Origin: Neoechinorhynchus agilis | Taxonomy: Eukaryota; Animalia; Acanthocephala | Direction of reading: 5' to 3' | DNA: 64,000 bases | Assembly: GCA_051530055.1 (NCBI GenBank) | Contig: CM121341.1 | Span: forward strand, 4,070,784 to 4,134,783 | Part shown: piece after piece, positions 45,761 to 58,122 of the stretch | Layout of the letters: each line of letters begins with the position of its first letter | Position numbering within the stretch: the stretch's first letter is position 1 | Made by a program: the position numbers and the translations under genes | The notes under the pieces: generated by a model | The model's database searches: none | Seen by the model: the letters and a program-made list of their open reading frames with translations, nothing else | Told to the model about the DNA's origin: nothing

Positions 45761-47269
45761 ATCAGAGGTATGATTCCAAAAAAGAAAGGAAAAGAGAAAA
45801 TGTGATGCGGGTCAAGTATCGATCGGTTGAACATATATCGATCGGCGTCATATAAAACTCAGCATTAATCATTCTGTCTGGATAAACTTACTACAAGGCT
45901 TATCGAAGACGTTTCAAAAAAATAACTGACGATGATTATTATTTAATTTTTAATTGTGTGTTTCAGGCTCGATTTATCGGGTACAAACTGAACGGTATTG
46001 CTATTAAAGGATACAATAGTATCGAATTTAAACTGATGAGAAACTAATTGCGGTCATAATGTAGTACATTTTAACTAGAAAATTAATCGGAAAAACCGAT
46101 GTCTCCAATAATTTCAGAATATTACTCACGTGCTTTGAGGCGCTAAGACGCCGTTATGAACGTAAAGAATTTTCCACCATCGCCAAAGTCGCTCGATTCA
46201 TCGGAGAACAAAACAGAACGACGCGAGGAACGCGGATGCAGCGCAATAGAAAGCGGACGGCGATTTGGAAGATACGAAAAAACGACAGAATTCAGGTCCG
46301 TTTAATTATTCGGCAGTCGTTTAAATTTTTTAGTTGTCATTTTTTAATCGAACAACAAATTCGGGAAAATTAAGCATGAAAACTGTTTGCTCGAAGTCTT
46401 CTCAAATTCCCAGCGATTTTATTCGTTTTCGTTGGTGTTATGTAAAAAAAGATCATTATTGAACGGACGGACAGTTCATCGGAATGAAAATCTACAATCG
46501 ATTTTTAAGCTTATCAACATATAAAAATCTTTTTTTAATTAGAAGGATTGATTGGTGCCGTAAATAGAAACGTTAAAACTGATTGCGTTAAAAAATGTAA
46601 CAAAATCGAATCGCTGAGAGTGGCAAACAAATTCAGATCAGACGTCTTTGTCCTCTTTCATCCAACTCATTATAATCTCGAATGATGGCGGCAATACAAC
46701 TATAAAATCATTTCATTCGGTCCATGCGAGTCCTGCTCCTGCCAAAGTCATAAGCAACTCCGATCCATTGTCATAAAAGACACTCACGGCGCAAAGATGC
46801 CGGGATTGTGTGGTATCGAATAAAAACGTTCATCAACTCATTAATTTACTTCGGTATCATTAATAATATTCTTCTTTGAGTTAATGTTCATCGATCAGAA
46901 ATTTATGTCATAGCAATCGAAACGCAATTAAATTCTTTACTTTCATTTAGTAGTTTTGCCACCTCTTGGATTTAAATTCACTAATTTATTTCCTCGATAT
47001 TTCGTCGGATAATTCAGACATTTTCTTAAGGTTTGTAAGTTACGAGCTTTTCGAAATTCAGAACACCGAAATATGTACTAAACAAATTTTTTATCCGTTT
47101 TAAGAGACAGGCTTTATGGTTCCTTTCTAAAAAAAGTTTAATCGCTTTGAGGGATTACACCGACGATTAACAATAAGAACGCAAAAGGGGAAACAATCGT
47201 AAGTGGAGCAACTAAAGGAGGTCCAGACAATAAAAGAAGATTTAATAATTTGGGAATTAAATCTCCCAG

Positions 47270-47620
47270 TAACGCTAACTCTAAAAGGGTATTTTCGATA
47301 AAATTTAAATTATCGAACTTCGTGTTAAGTAGGAATGAAAAGATCCCTTTTTGACTTTACTCGTAAATTCCCAAAAAAAATTGAGTTGTTTTCAATTGTA
47401 TGACTCAATGCTCCTGTGAAATACGGTGATATCTTTTAGAGGTATGCTTTTTAGAATAAAACGGAATTCTCCTGTCGAATTAACTTTCAAACGGACGACT
47501 TTTGATGTCCACGTCGATTTCGCCAAACATTGAAAGATACCCGCAACTCCAAAGTCTCACAGAAAACGAATGTAACGATCGAAAACGGATAGCGACTTGG
47601 AAGGTGCTGTTTCGGTTTCT
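47270..47620 (+). other. Possible highly degenerate LSU rRNA domain IV-V-like sequence
   Basis: Collinear loose matches: gtaac..aac...agggta, gaaaagatccc....gactttact, gtgaaatac, ttttg...cacgtcgat, gtttcggt. Confidence 0.25.
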
Positions 47621-47984
47621 TCACTTAACTCAGTTCGTAACTCCCAACTGAATCGCAAATAAACAAAAAACGATTTTTCAATCAGATGGATCGATTGAGG
47701 CCGTCAGTAGAAACGTTAAAAATAATTGCGTATAGAATCCAATAACGCAATCACTCGGGTTTCTCATGCCTCCGATCGATCGGCTTCACATTTTTCGTCT
47801 CAAACAGATTAATTAATTTCGGTCATTGTCACATGTAAGAATGATCCGCTCTTTTACCTGAGACGCTCCTTTGCGATGAGCCATTAACCTACACTGCGAT
47901 TATTTTATGCAGTGAAAACGGGTTAAAGTTATAGTGGAGGTTCCGCTTAAGCCACATTCGAACGTGTGAAACTTTTACTTTTTT

Positions 47985-49300
47985 GCACCTAAATTCAGCA
48001 AATCTGCGTACTTCACTAATCCTTCGATTGGGCATTCGATTCAATCGATCTTTTTAAATTTTGTTAGAAACAGTGAACAATCGCAGTTTTGAGCAAAGAA
48101 AATCAATGGTTCAGCTTTTGTAGACTTGAGTTCATTCACAGTATTCATGGCATGACTAAGAGAATTGCGTGCACTTCGACGTGTCGTCAGTACCTTCCGC
48201 CTGATTGCCGAGACCATGGCGTCCCGACGGTTCCACGGTCGTTCCGCAACGGCAGCGAATCGGTACCCCAAGTCGCAGGGACACTGCAATCCTTACTGTC
48301 TCGTCGGAGGGTACCCACAGAAGCGATTCGGAGAGCGTTGAGCCAAGCACCGGATTCTCTTGTGGAGACGTCCGTCAATCGAGTTCGGTTCACCAGGTCA
48401 CGAGAATCTGAAATTAAAGAGTTATGAATTCTCGCTGCCAGGGGTAAAGTCCTTAACTGATTGTTTGCAACCTCTGACGGGTACTTGCTCGCTGCCTGAA
48501 TCTCCACACCAAAGATTAAGCGCCTCCACATAATCTTCATCCATAGTGTAATTCTCGCCAAGAACGGATTTAACTATTTTTTGAGGCTTGCTTTATACGA
48601 TCGCAAATAAGTTGGCAGAGAAATATCGGCTGCATTTCGGCTAACTAAACAGCCGGATGACACAGGCAAGGACGCTTGCAGCCAGGCTTTAACCGTCTCG
48701 TCTAATTTTGCCAGCTTATCCTTATGTCTAGAAACGGTGCTGTGTACAGCTTAACCCCACCAAAACCACCACCAAAAAAACAAAAAACACCCACCACCCC
48801 CACCCCCCCAAACACACCCCCCCCCACAAACACACCCCAACACCACACCAAATACAGCAGTTTTGGGAATGAAGAGGGTGTTCTTGATCAGGAACAGAGC
48901 TTCGTGTGAAGATAATTCATCAATCCGTTCGCACAGCACCGAAAGTTGCGGTTGAAGATCGGCAATCTCTGCTTCGACATTAGAAATAAAAATGCAACTT
49001 TTTAGAAGACTCAACCGGCCTAGAGTGGTCAATTCTATCCCGGGGGCGAGGTTTTGTAAATCTTTCACGATAGTTTGCCTAGGCACCTCGCCAATTTTCG
49101 CCGTCTCCTTCACGAGTGTCTCCCAATCGCGCAGTACAACAGAGGGGTTACCTCCGGACGTAGCATCGTCCAAGTACCAGCCGTTAAAGCTGGATTGGAG
49201 AGAGTGCGCGACGGGATTGACTGCGAGTGAGAAGGCTTTCTGACCACAAAATGTGGTTGTTGAACGACACGGGAGTTGAAGTCCCGTGGACATTAGCGAA
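47985..49300 (-). mobile_element. CRE-like non-LTR retrotransposon fragment (RT + C-terminus)
   Basis: F.LAVNP....LQS.FNGWYLDDAT.GG (RT) plus the same C-terminal block as 29400-29990. Confidence 0.8.
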
Positions 49301-50709
49301 ATGCTTTTGGTGCGTGATCTTTAACTACTTCTAGCAAATCTGATCGGTGAACTGTGTTCAATACGTTTTCAGAAGAAATTGTTTGTAACGTTTTCACAGC
49401 CATGCTTTCAATGATATCATTTCATAGATGCATTTAGTATAAACGGAATCGTCTGGAATATTTACGGATCTCATCGCCCTGTGTTGCAGTCGTTTTTCGT
49501 CATTTGCTGGTTCAATTCGTCTACCATATTCTCTATGTGAAATTCACCGAGAAATCCTCGAAGGTTGGATCCATGTCGGAACCACATTTCAGTTCACGAA
49601 TTAAGGTTGTAATAAGATTGTATAGAAGTTTCGTTACTGCCTTCTTCGATCTCTATTTAACAAAATTGTTGTTCAGGTGCTAATAAAAGCGATTGACGTA
49701 TAGAACGAGAAATCTGATTTCTGATAAGGAGTCCTTCACTTCCCTAAAAAGCTTCTTCTAAATCCAGCGTCTTTCGAAAACCACCATTTAATATATCAAA
49801 GTAGAACGGCATAAGGCTATCAATATTACCCATTTTCGGGATAGTTTGGAAACTGATTATTTTTATTTTGACGCTTCTAATTTGAGTTGCTACGTATAAA
49901 ACGAACAGAATTTGTCGAAAGTTAGACGCATCATTGACAATATCGAAATTTACCGATAGTGATCATTTACAAATAAAGCTTTTCTATCCATTTCAACGAC
50001 AAATAGTGGTTAATTGCTTTGATTATTCTATAATAGGAGTCCAATTTTTAGGTCGAATAGTTGCGATAGATGAACAATGTTCCCAAGCGCTGCCTTTGAG
50101 AGACGTGGATAACAGTTCGCTTTGTTCCGAGCTCGAAAAACAGCCATAGATTACATATAAAACTTTCAATAGTCCTTATTTACTGGCTTTTGTAAAATGC
50201 CCTAATTCAATGAATCCGAAATAAACAAATCAAGTTCGTAAAATCAAGTAATGAAATACTGTTGCGGGCAAACGCATTCAAATCTTACGAATCGACAAGT
50301 TTTCCGAACTGGGAAAAGTGTATGATAGTGCTTTAGAAGCTTGAGTTATCTTTTGTGAGGAAGTGAACTATCTAATTAGACTTGAAGGAGTTACGGCTCT
50401 TTGTTCTTTTGAACGTGATTTGGATAACCTAAAAGATAAGAAAGGTATCACTGGTAATGAAGGTCGGAGTTACGCTTGTGTTGAAATATTCACGTTCCTA
50501 TAGCAGAAGACTTTCCTCCCAAAGGTTTCATTCCAAACTGCCTTACAAACTCGTATTTTTTCTGCCAAAACCAAAAACTAAATAAAGTTGTACTGGATTT
50601 GATTTAAAACACAAATGTTTTAGTTCCACAAGCAATTTTCAAACGCACTTGATTGTAAACAAGCGTTAAACATTGTTGACAAGAGCGTTCTCCATATTTA
50701 GAGAAGTCG

Positions 50710-51186
50710 ATGAGAAAGGTAACCAGTTTGCTCCGATTTAATTCGGGATACATTCAAGGGAGTTGCATTACTTTTGGTATATTGCCATCTACAGTCACCA
50801 TGAACGTAATCTATCATTTTCTACTCGTATGGACATTCTTTGTCTTTGCCAATCGCTGTATGAGCTTCGACTCAAAAATATTTGGATGGATAAATATCGA
50901 TGAAAGCTCTGAACAATTCCCTGAGTGGTTCGTTGGCAAACATTTGGTCAAAACAGAAAAACAGCTTGAAGATGGGTCAAAAGAAGAGATGCAAGTTTCC
51001 ATCAAACCGAAAAATGACACCGTCGCCGTTACAGAAACGAATACTACCGAAATTATCGAAGGATCTCGCAAAAGAAATCTAACGAAGAACATGGATATCT
51101 CGACTGAAGGAACAACTACCGTTAAAGGTAAGAAAAAGAAAATTAACAGGGATAAAAATATGGATTTCGCCAAACAGCAAGATTAG
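50710..51186 (+). CDS. Uncharacterised secreted-type protein, copy 3
   Basis: Protein identical to copy 2. Block 49965-51312 duplicates about 36130-37480. Confidence 0.5.
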   Translation: MRKVTSLLRFNSGYIQGSCITFGILPSTVTMNVIYHFLLVWTFFVFANRCMSFDSKIFGWINIDESSEQFPEWFVGKHLVKTEKQLEDGSKEEMQVSIKPKNDTVAVTETNTTEIIEGSRKRNLTKNMDISTEGTTTVKGKKKKINRDKNMDFAKQQD

Positions 51187-51714
51187 TGTCGAGCAACAGC
51201 ATAGATTTATTCGTTCATCGTAGTTAGCATAGAGTTATATAATCTTTTATTTGTTGACAAGGGGTTAAAGGTAAATTATTGATAGAGTTCATTTAGGCAA
51301 AATGTTAAGAATCCAAATGAACGATCGTCATTTTTCAGTTAATTTCCTTATTTAAAAATGAGAAACATGAACATTTCGCATTTACATCAAATAAAAGACC
51401 AAGAATAGAAAAAGAGGATTTGCATTGAAAGCAGCGAGTATTCAAAAAAAATTAAAGTAAAATAACTAAAGATTATCGATTGATCCCTCCTTTTTGTGGA
51501 AATAAATGTAGAAAACATGTCTTGAAATCCAATTTGTAAAGTTGAACCAAATGATATTTAAAAATTCGAACACTAATCAATTTTAAAAACGAAGAAAACT
51601 GTTGGGATTTTCTGGAGCAATAAAAATCAAATGAACAGCTTTCGGGATATTCGATACTTTCTGATCCATGAACTTAAAAAAGAATTTCTTTGAGAATTAC
51701 ATTCGGGGGAATCT

Positions 51715-51857
51715 AATTTTGGTCTTCGATGAGCTGTCACCACCCCGAGAATTAAACATTAATTATTGAATAGAGGGAATTCAGGTTCCGAAATATTTAA
51801 TTCAATAATTAATGTTTAATTCTCGGGGTGGTGACAGCTCACCGAAGACCAAAATTA
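51715..51857. mobile_element. TA-flanked MITE-like foldback element
   Basis: TA-attttggtcttc.atgagctgtcaccaccccgagaattaaacattaattattgaat pairs with its near-perfect reverse complement, which ends gaagaccaaaat-TA. Confidence 0.8.
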
Positions 51858-51928
51858 AAAAAAAAATTAAGAAAATTCGAACAGATTGTAAATTGTTGAA
51901 AAGATAATTCATTGTTATTTGTTGATAG

Positions 51929-52067
51929 GAGAGATAAATGAAATTAAGATTTTATTGGATATTTCGATCCACTATTTCGGATCTTCTTCAGCGATTGTTT
52001 GCAAGTAAGAAGATGTGAGATAGTGGATCGAAATATCCAATAAAAATCTTAATTTCATTTATCTCTC
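51929..52067. repeat. Inverted repeat with ~47-bp arms
   Basis: 51929-51975 is the reverse complement of 52020-52067 with one indel. Flanked by a cagattgtaaattg direct repeat. Confidence 0.85.
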
Positions 52068-52311
52068 AGATTGTAAATTGTGATCATAACCCGGGATTAA
52101 AGCTTAGAAAACTCACAAGCAATGACTAATGAAGCTTTTCGAAATATTCCAATAGATTATTTCCTATCCGATTGTAGCTCCAATGAATGGAAACTGTCTT
52201 CTCTCGTTTCGTCAGTCATTGTAACTTACGGACATTTTTAATAATTTCTTCCGTTTTTTGTTTCCGCCTTGGCCACCCAATCAGTAGTTTATTTAAATAA
52301 AAAAATTCAAA

Positions 52312-52557
52312 ATGTCCAAAGCAAGTCCCCCGGACCTTAAAAAGTTGATGGATAAGACGTGTCTTCTTAAACTTAACGCCAATCGAGTGGTTCAAGGAGT
52401 TCTACGCGGATTCGATCCGTTCATGAACGTTGTTGTTGACGGTTGTCTTGAAGTTATTGACTATGGTGGACCGGATCCAAAATTCGCTAAGATAGGAAAT
52501 GTTTGTATTCGGGGAAACAGTATCGTTATGATCGAAGCACTCGAGCGAGTTAGTTAA
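52312..52557 (+). CDS. SNRPG: Small nuclear ribonucleoprotein G (SmG), intronless
   Basis: MSKA.PP.LKK.MDK...[19 protein letters not shown]...IG...IRGNSI.M.EALERV. Confidence 0.97.
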   Translation: MSKASPPDLKKLMDKTCLLKLNANRVVQGVLRGFDPFMNVVVDGCLEVIDYGGPDPKFAKIGNVCIRGNSIVMIEALERVS

Positions 52558-53605
52558 AACATTAAAAAATATTTTCGGTGAAACTTTAAAATGGTCATAA
52601 CCTTTATGCTCCTTTTTTGTTCATCAAACTAATATCATATTGTTTTTTTATTACACGAAAAATCTTGCTTTTGGGCTATAAACTTGTCAGAAAAAAATCC
52701 TCTCATTTAAAAAAAAGATTCAGGAGAAAACGGATGAAAATATTTGAACAATCGGCCTACTTTTGATCAATTTTAATTGAAACTTTTCTTGTTTCTCATT
52801 TTTTTATTCTTTTCCTCATTAATTTTTCATAAATGATTTCACTTTTATGAAGTCAATCGATAAGAAATCAGATATTTTTGAAGATTATTTTTTGAATTAT
52901 CAGTACTTTGAACTTAATTCCAAATTTACTAAAGGATTCGAATTAAGCAACAATTTTGAAACCTTAATTAAGTCGTGACTGAAGCACTCGCATTTTAAAA
53001 CAGTTTGCTATGATTTCTTATTTGTGAATGTATTTATGATTGGTTTTTGTAAAACAAGATTTATACATTATTGAACTCATCATTTCCTCCTCCGATGGGT
53101 TATATCGTCCAATCGGTTCCTCGCAGTACAACGAAGGAAGAGAAAAACCGCGGCTCCACTGAACATTATTTTTCAAAATTTGGAAACTTTTATAATCGCT
53201 TATAATTCCCGTTTCGTAGATTTAATATTTCAAATTTATTCTTTGTTTTGTCAAATAAATTTCAACGATCGATTTTAGCTGCATCAATATACGACGAAAA
53301 GCATTTTGCGACTTAATTTTCACAACATGATCAAAATTCGAAATTTACCAAAAACGTTCAATTTTGCCATCAGACCGCAGTCAGTTTAATTATCTTTAAG
53401 CTGATTTTCCCAAATACTAATTAAAATAAAAAATGAATCTATACGTTTGTATTGACACAACAAAATGCTTTCGCCGCAGGGTGTAAAAAGTAATTAGCAC
53501 GCTATTGGCTGCAGCAATTGAAGGCTGTAAAAACGGTAAGAACTGAATGCACGAATACTAGTACTATTGAATAACAGTGCGAAGTAATCATTGCAGTAAC
53601 CTTCA

Positions 53606-54595
53606 ATGCCTTACGTTCACTTATCTTCACCAACTGCAAAACCTACACAAGGAAAACTGCAACTTTTTGTTTCCAACCAAATTCAGTCGTTAAAAATGGA
53701 TTTCATAACTGTAAATGGTAAAAGGTACATTGTCAAGAAAAAACTCGGTTGTAAGTCAAGGAATCAAGTATACCTTTGCGAAAGGGAAACCGATGGGCTC
53801 AATTTTGCTATAAAGAATATTTCAATCGATGATCGCGACTTTGATGATCTCGAGTCGCAGCAAAACGAATACACTTCTGAAATTTTATGTCTTAGTATTC
53901 TCAAAAACAATGACAGAGTCATAAAATTATACGATCACGGTATAAACAAGGATTTAAAGTTGGCACACTTGGTTATGGAGCTAGGAAAGGATCAAAGTAT
54001 GTCGAAATTCATGAAGGAGACCATGTCACTCAGGGCAAAAATCCTACTATGGCACCAAATGGTCTTAGCTGTCCATGATATCCACTCTCAAGGAATCATG
54101 CATCTAGATATCAAACCGGACAATTTTATCTTTGGCTTAGATGGCACGGTGAAGCTGATTGATTTCGGACTTTCCCTTCCCACAGAACAATTGCCAATGC
54201 CCTCAACTGTGAGAGGTACTATGCGTTACGTTAGTCCCGAAGTTGTCATTCTCTCGACAATTCCAAAATTTTCAATGAAATGCGACATTTTTGCATTGGG
54301 TTGCATTCTATACGAACTCATCTACAGAAAATCCTACATGCCTCCGCGCGATTTAAAGAAAGCGGAGGATAGGCGATCATTTGCTATGGATGCAATGATG
54401 ACCATAGAATTTCCAATTCTAAAGGACAAAGATCTACGCGACCTCATCCGATCATGCATGACTTTGCTTCCAAAATATCGGCCAACAACTGTTGAAATTT
54501 TGAATCATCCAGTCATTTTAAAGATTGAAAAGGAATCCGGCAGCCGTAAAAAGACTGCCGAGGGCAAATGTTCAATTCTACACAAAAAAATGTAA
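53606..54595 (+). CDS. Divergent Mps1/TTK-like protein kinase
   Basis: FAIK, EI.CL..L....RVIKLYD, LVMELG, WHQMVLAVHDIH..GIMHLDIKPDNF, KLIDFG, GTMRYVSPE, CDIFALGCILY. Confidence 0.8.
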   Translation: MPYVHLSSPTAKPTQGKLQLFVSNQIQSLKMDFITVNGKRYIVKKKLGCKSRNQVYLCERETDGLNFAIKNISIDDRDFDDLESQQNEYTSEILCLSILKNNDRVIKLYDHGINKDLKLAHLVMELGKDQSMSKFMKETMSLRAKILLWHQMVLAVHDIHSQGIMHLDIKPDNFIFGLDGTVKLIDFGLSLPTEQLPMPSTVRGTMRYVSPEVVILSTIPKFSMKCDIFALGCILYELIYRKSYMPPRDLKKAEDRRSFAMDAMMTIEFPILKDKDLRDLIRSCMTLLPKYRPTTVEILNHPVILKIEKESGSRKKTAEGKCSILHKKM

Positions 54596-55732
54596 AGTTT
54601 AACTACGCTTCGCTGTGCTCTTAAAGTTTTATGTAAAAATAAAAAAAACGCTTTAATTAGTAAAAAAAATTAATTACACAACATTGAAATATATTAAACC
54701 AGCACTTAAATTCATGCAATTTTACAAACACAGATCTGCATTTTTTCTATAGCCGAAATATTGTTTCACTAAATTTTTTAAATTTTTTTATCTTACACTA
54801 TTAAACAAGGCACTGTGCACGAATTATTGGTAAAGCCAAAATTGCATTTATTCACTATCTATCGCACCGAAATATGTTGATTTGTTAAAAAAATTAAAAA
54901 AAAGATAATATTTAAACACGAATTACATGGGTCAAAAGACAATTCGAAATTTACATTGGCACGTTTACATCATGAAATCCTTAAATTATACGAAAAAAAC
55001 GCACTTCGAAAAAAATTGCGAAAATAAGTTACCACTTGACGTAAGATGTTAAAAATGGCAAAAAATTAGATTGGCCATGTATTCAGAGGAATAATTTTTA
55101 TTGGTTTCGCGAATATTTATATATTGCCACAATTTCATTCATAATTTTGTAGCATTTTGCAAAATCAAATGGATTAGAGTACTTCAACAATGGCATTTTA
55201 TATGCCAACCAGAATAGAGTTCAATTGAATTTATAGCAAATAAAATCATTCTACTTTTACGCAACATTGTCCAAACAATAAAAACAAAGATTAATTAGGT
55301 TTCCTTTTAAAAATTTCGGTGAAAATTCGCTATGGGTTTCGATTTTAACGACTGAATTAATAAAAACAATTAGAAAAAACCGCAAATATTTTATTGTCAT
55401 TGGCAGTGATCAAAGAACAAACGTTATTCGCCGATTCGATTGATAGATAATTAGTGCACCCTTATAAAAAATAAATGACTTGACGGTTAATCTGCAATAA
55501 AAACATGCCGGCTTCTTTGAAGTGAACATTATTACCCTAGGGAATAAATACCATAAGTGTTTTGGCAAATATTATCCAATAAAAATCCGTTTACCATCCC
55601 CCATATGAATCAGCTTATTGTTGGAAAAGGCAACCGAATACTAACGTGTTGCAGTTGAAGCATTATCTTTGGTTGCACCTAACATCGTTTTTTTACAGGC
55701 TGCAATATCAAACCAGAAACAAACAAGGCTAA

Positions 55733-56980
55733 ATGGGGACTCTAAAAGATTTTTTTGCACGTTTGGACCGTCGCAAACTAGAATCTGCGAAAGATGACGA
55801 GTTCAAAATGCTGCTGTCGCCACAAAGTGGTGGAACATTTCAGGAATTATGGAACGAGCCGACGGAGCACAAAACGTTTCAAATTGCACAAGATGATAAT
55901 TCGAATATGTTCACCCTTGGCGATTCCGAAACTCATACTCTTAAAGATGCTTCTGGAGATGCATTTAAAAAGGACTCTGATGACTATTTAATTTCATCAA
56001 AAGATTATTCATTCAAGAAACAGCAAGAAGACGATTCGGATGAACATGCAGACCACGACGAGTATATTGAGAGTCCACCTTCGGATTCCATATCCGATGC
56101 TCCTCAATCCGAAGAAGAAGAAGAAAAAACTATCGTTATTGGAGGTACTACCTTTTACCTCAAAGAAATGCTGGGAAAAACTTTAATGAACAAAGTTCAC
56201 CGCGCTGTGATATCCGGAACAGAAGTATCAGTAGCGCTTAAACAATGTATAATAGCTTGCAAATCCAGAAAAGAACGTAAAGCACGACACCGAGGATACG
56301 TTACAGAGGTTTTATGCCACCAGCTATTACAAGCCAGTGAGCGAGTCATCAACCTTCACGGATTCCACTTTGGTGGCCAACAATGCTTGGCTCGTATGGT
56401 ATTTGAGCTCGGTATTGGTAGCGTGCCTGAATTCATCGAAACCCACAAAAGTCGCAAAATCAGAATCCAATTATGGTATTCGATGGTGATTGCCGTCAAT
56501 GATGTTCATTTAAGAGGAATCTGGCATTTAGATATTAAGCCAGATAATTTTATTTTTGGCGCAGATGGAGTTGTAAAGCTCATCGATTTTGGGTTTTCCC
56601 TTCCTGCAAATGAATCTTACAGATATGATTATTTCCGCGGTACGATTCGTTATATGAGTCCCGAGGTACTATGTCGTGCGCCCTTTGGAAAGTACTCATC
56701 AAAATGCGACATTTGGGCGTTAGGATGCATTCTTTATGAAATGGTATATGGACGACCGTTTCTAACAAAAAAAATACTAATAAAATCAAGACACTCATAC
56801 GATAAAATATTTCATTTGATGAGAAATTTAACATTTGAACCGTTGGAAAATCAGGACTTGTTAGATATATTGCGCAAATGTATGGATTTGGTTCCGAGCC
56901 GTCGACCAACCACTGATGAAATTCTCAAGCATCCACTCTTTACGAAGATCGCCGAAAAAACTAAAAAAACAAGTAATTAG
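55733..56980 (+). CDS. Divergent Mps1/TTK-like protein kinase, paralog with acidic N-terminal extension
   Basis: VALK, RVINL, WYSMV.AVNDVH..GIWHLDIKPDNF, KLIDFG, GTIRYMSPE, CDIWALGCILYEMVYGR.PF. Confidence 0.8.
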   Translation: MGTLKDFFARLDRRKLESAKDDEFKMLLSPQSGGTFQELWNEPTEHKTFQIAQDDNSNMFTLGDSETHTLKDASGDAFKKDSDDYLISSKDYSFKKQQEDDSDEHADHDEYIESPPSDSISDAPQSEEEEEKTIVIGGTTFYLKEMLGKTLMNKVHRAVISGTEVSVALKQCIIACKSRKERKARHRGYVTEVLCHQLLQASERVINLHGFHFGGQQCLARMVFELGIGSVPEFIETHKSRKIRIQLWYSMVIAVNDVHLRGIWHLDIKPDNFIFGADGVVKLIDFGFSLPANESYRYDYFRGTIRYMSPEVLCRAPFGKYSSKCDIWALGCILYEMVYGRPFLTKKILIKSRHSYDKIFHLMRNLTFEPLENQDLLDILRKCMDLVPSRRPTTDEILKHPLFTKIAEKTKKTSN

Positions 56981-58122
56981 TGCACTGTATAGTAGAAAAA
57001 TAAATTAGATTTTTAGCAAAATTGTGTGATAGATTTTAAAAACACTTTTATTTGCTACAACAAAAGAAATGTGTGATGAGAGGTCGCCATCTCAATGAAC
57101 TAAAAATTTAAAGCGATTTTAATATCCGATAAATGATGTTTAACAAAATACAGCAAAAAAAGTCATCGCTGCTTTTACTATTCAGCAGCAATTACAAAAT
57201 TAACATTGAAAACTATTGGTTGAGATTTTATTAATCTTCATAACTACTTTATAGCAAACGAAAACTCAAAAATATAATCATACTAACAAACTGATAATGA
57301 GAATGATGAGGTTCAAAAAATATTTAATAAAAAAGTTATTTACCGTGTGAAGGCCCAAATAACACTTTTCATACTCACTATCCATATAACACGCAATTTG
57401 AAACTAGGCCAATAAATTTTTTAATTTATCACATTATCGCCGCGTACCTTCAGCCAATAAGAATAAAGAAAACCTAAATGGAAAAATCAATTAACTAAAT
57501 TTTCAGTTTGAACACCCAATCATATTAAAACTCTGCATGGTTCTTATTTTTTTATTAGGTGAGCTAAACCCTGATAAAAAATACAGTAAATAGTTTCTCA
57601 TACCAAGAAATCAGTGTGATTACGACAAATGCGGGAAGAATCGCTTAGTTCTTGACGCTCTTTTGATGTTTTCAAGTATCTTTATTTCAAGAAATTTAAA
57701 AAATGTTGTTGTATTTTGTTGGGAGTTTTCTCGCCTTTTATACATGTTTTCATGGAAATTTTGGAATTATTGTTTTGGAAACATTTCCGATTGTTTATGA
57801 AATGCTCAGTAACACTTTTCCTTCTGTGCTATTCACAATCTTTACCCGCTGATCGAGACTGTATTGTGGACACCTGAAAAGAAGTTTTGGTGAGCACTCC
57901 AGACGAGCTCTTTATTTGGCTAGACTGAAAATGAGACTAAATGGTTCATTTGTACATCACCTTGGAACATTTTGTGCTCTTCTTTTTTCCGTAGTGAGAA
58001 TTTGTGACTTCTTCAGCTCAGCCAGGTAGAAATTCCTTTAATTTTAAAAATCAGTGAATTCGTTCATTTGCTTCTTAGAAATTGTAATGAACGATTTTTT
58101 TTTAAAAATTCCCCCAACTTTT

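Noticed and set aside
46620-46840. Protein-like minus-strand frame with stops (FIRYHTIPASLRRECLL...)
   Set aside because: No family recognisable by eye. A tBLASTx search would be needed.
48755-48850. C/A-only low-complexity tract producing Pro/Thr and Gly-rich ORFs
   Set aside because: It replaces part of a CRE RT abruptly and looks like a low-quality consensus or read artefact.
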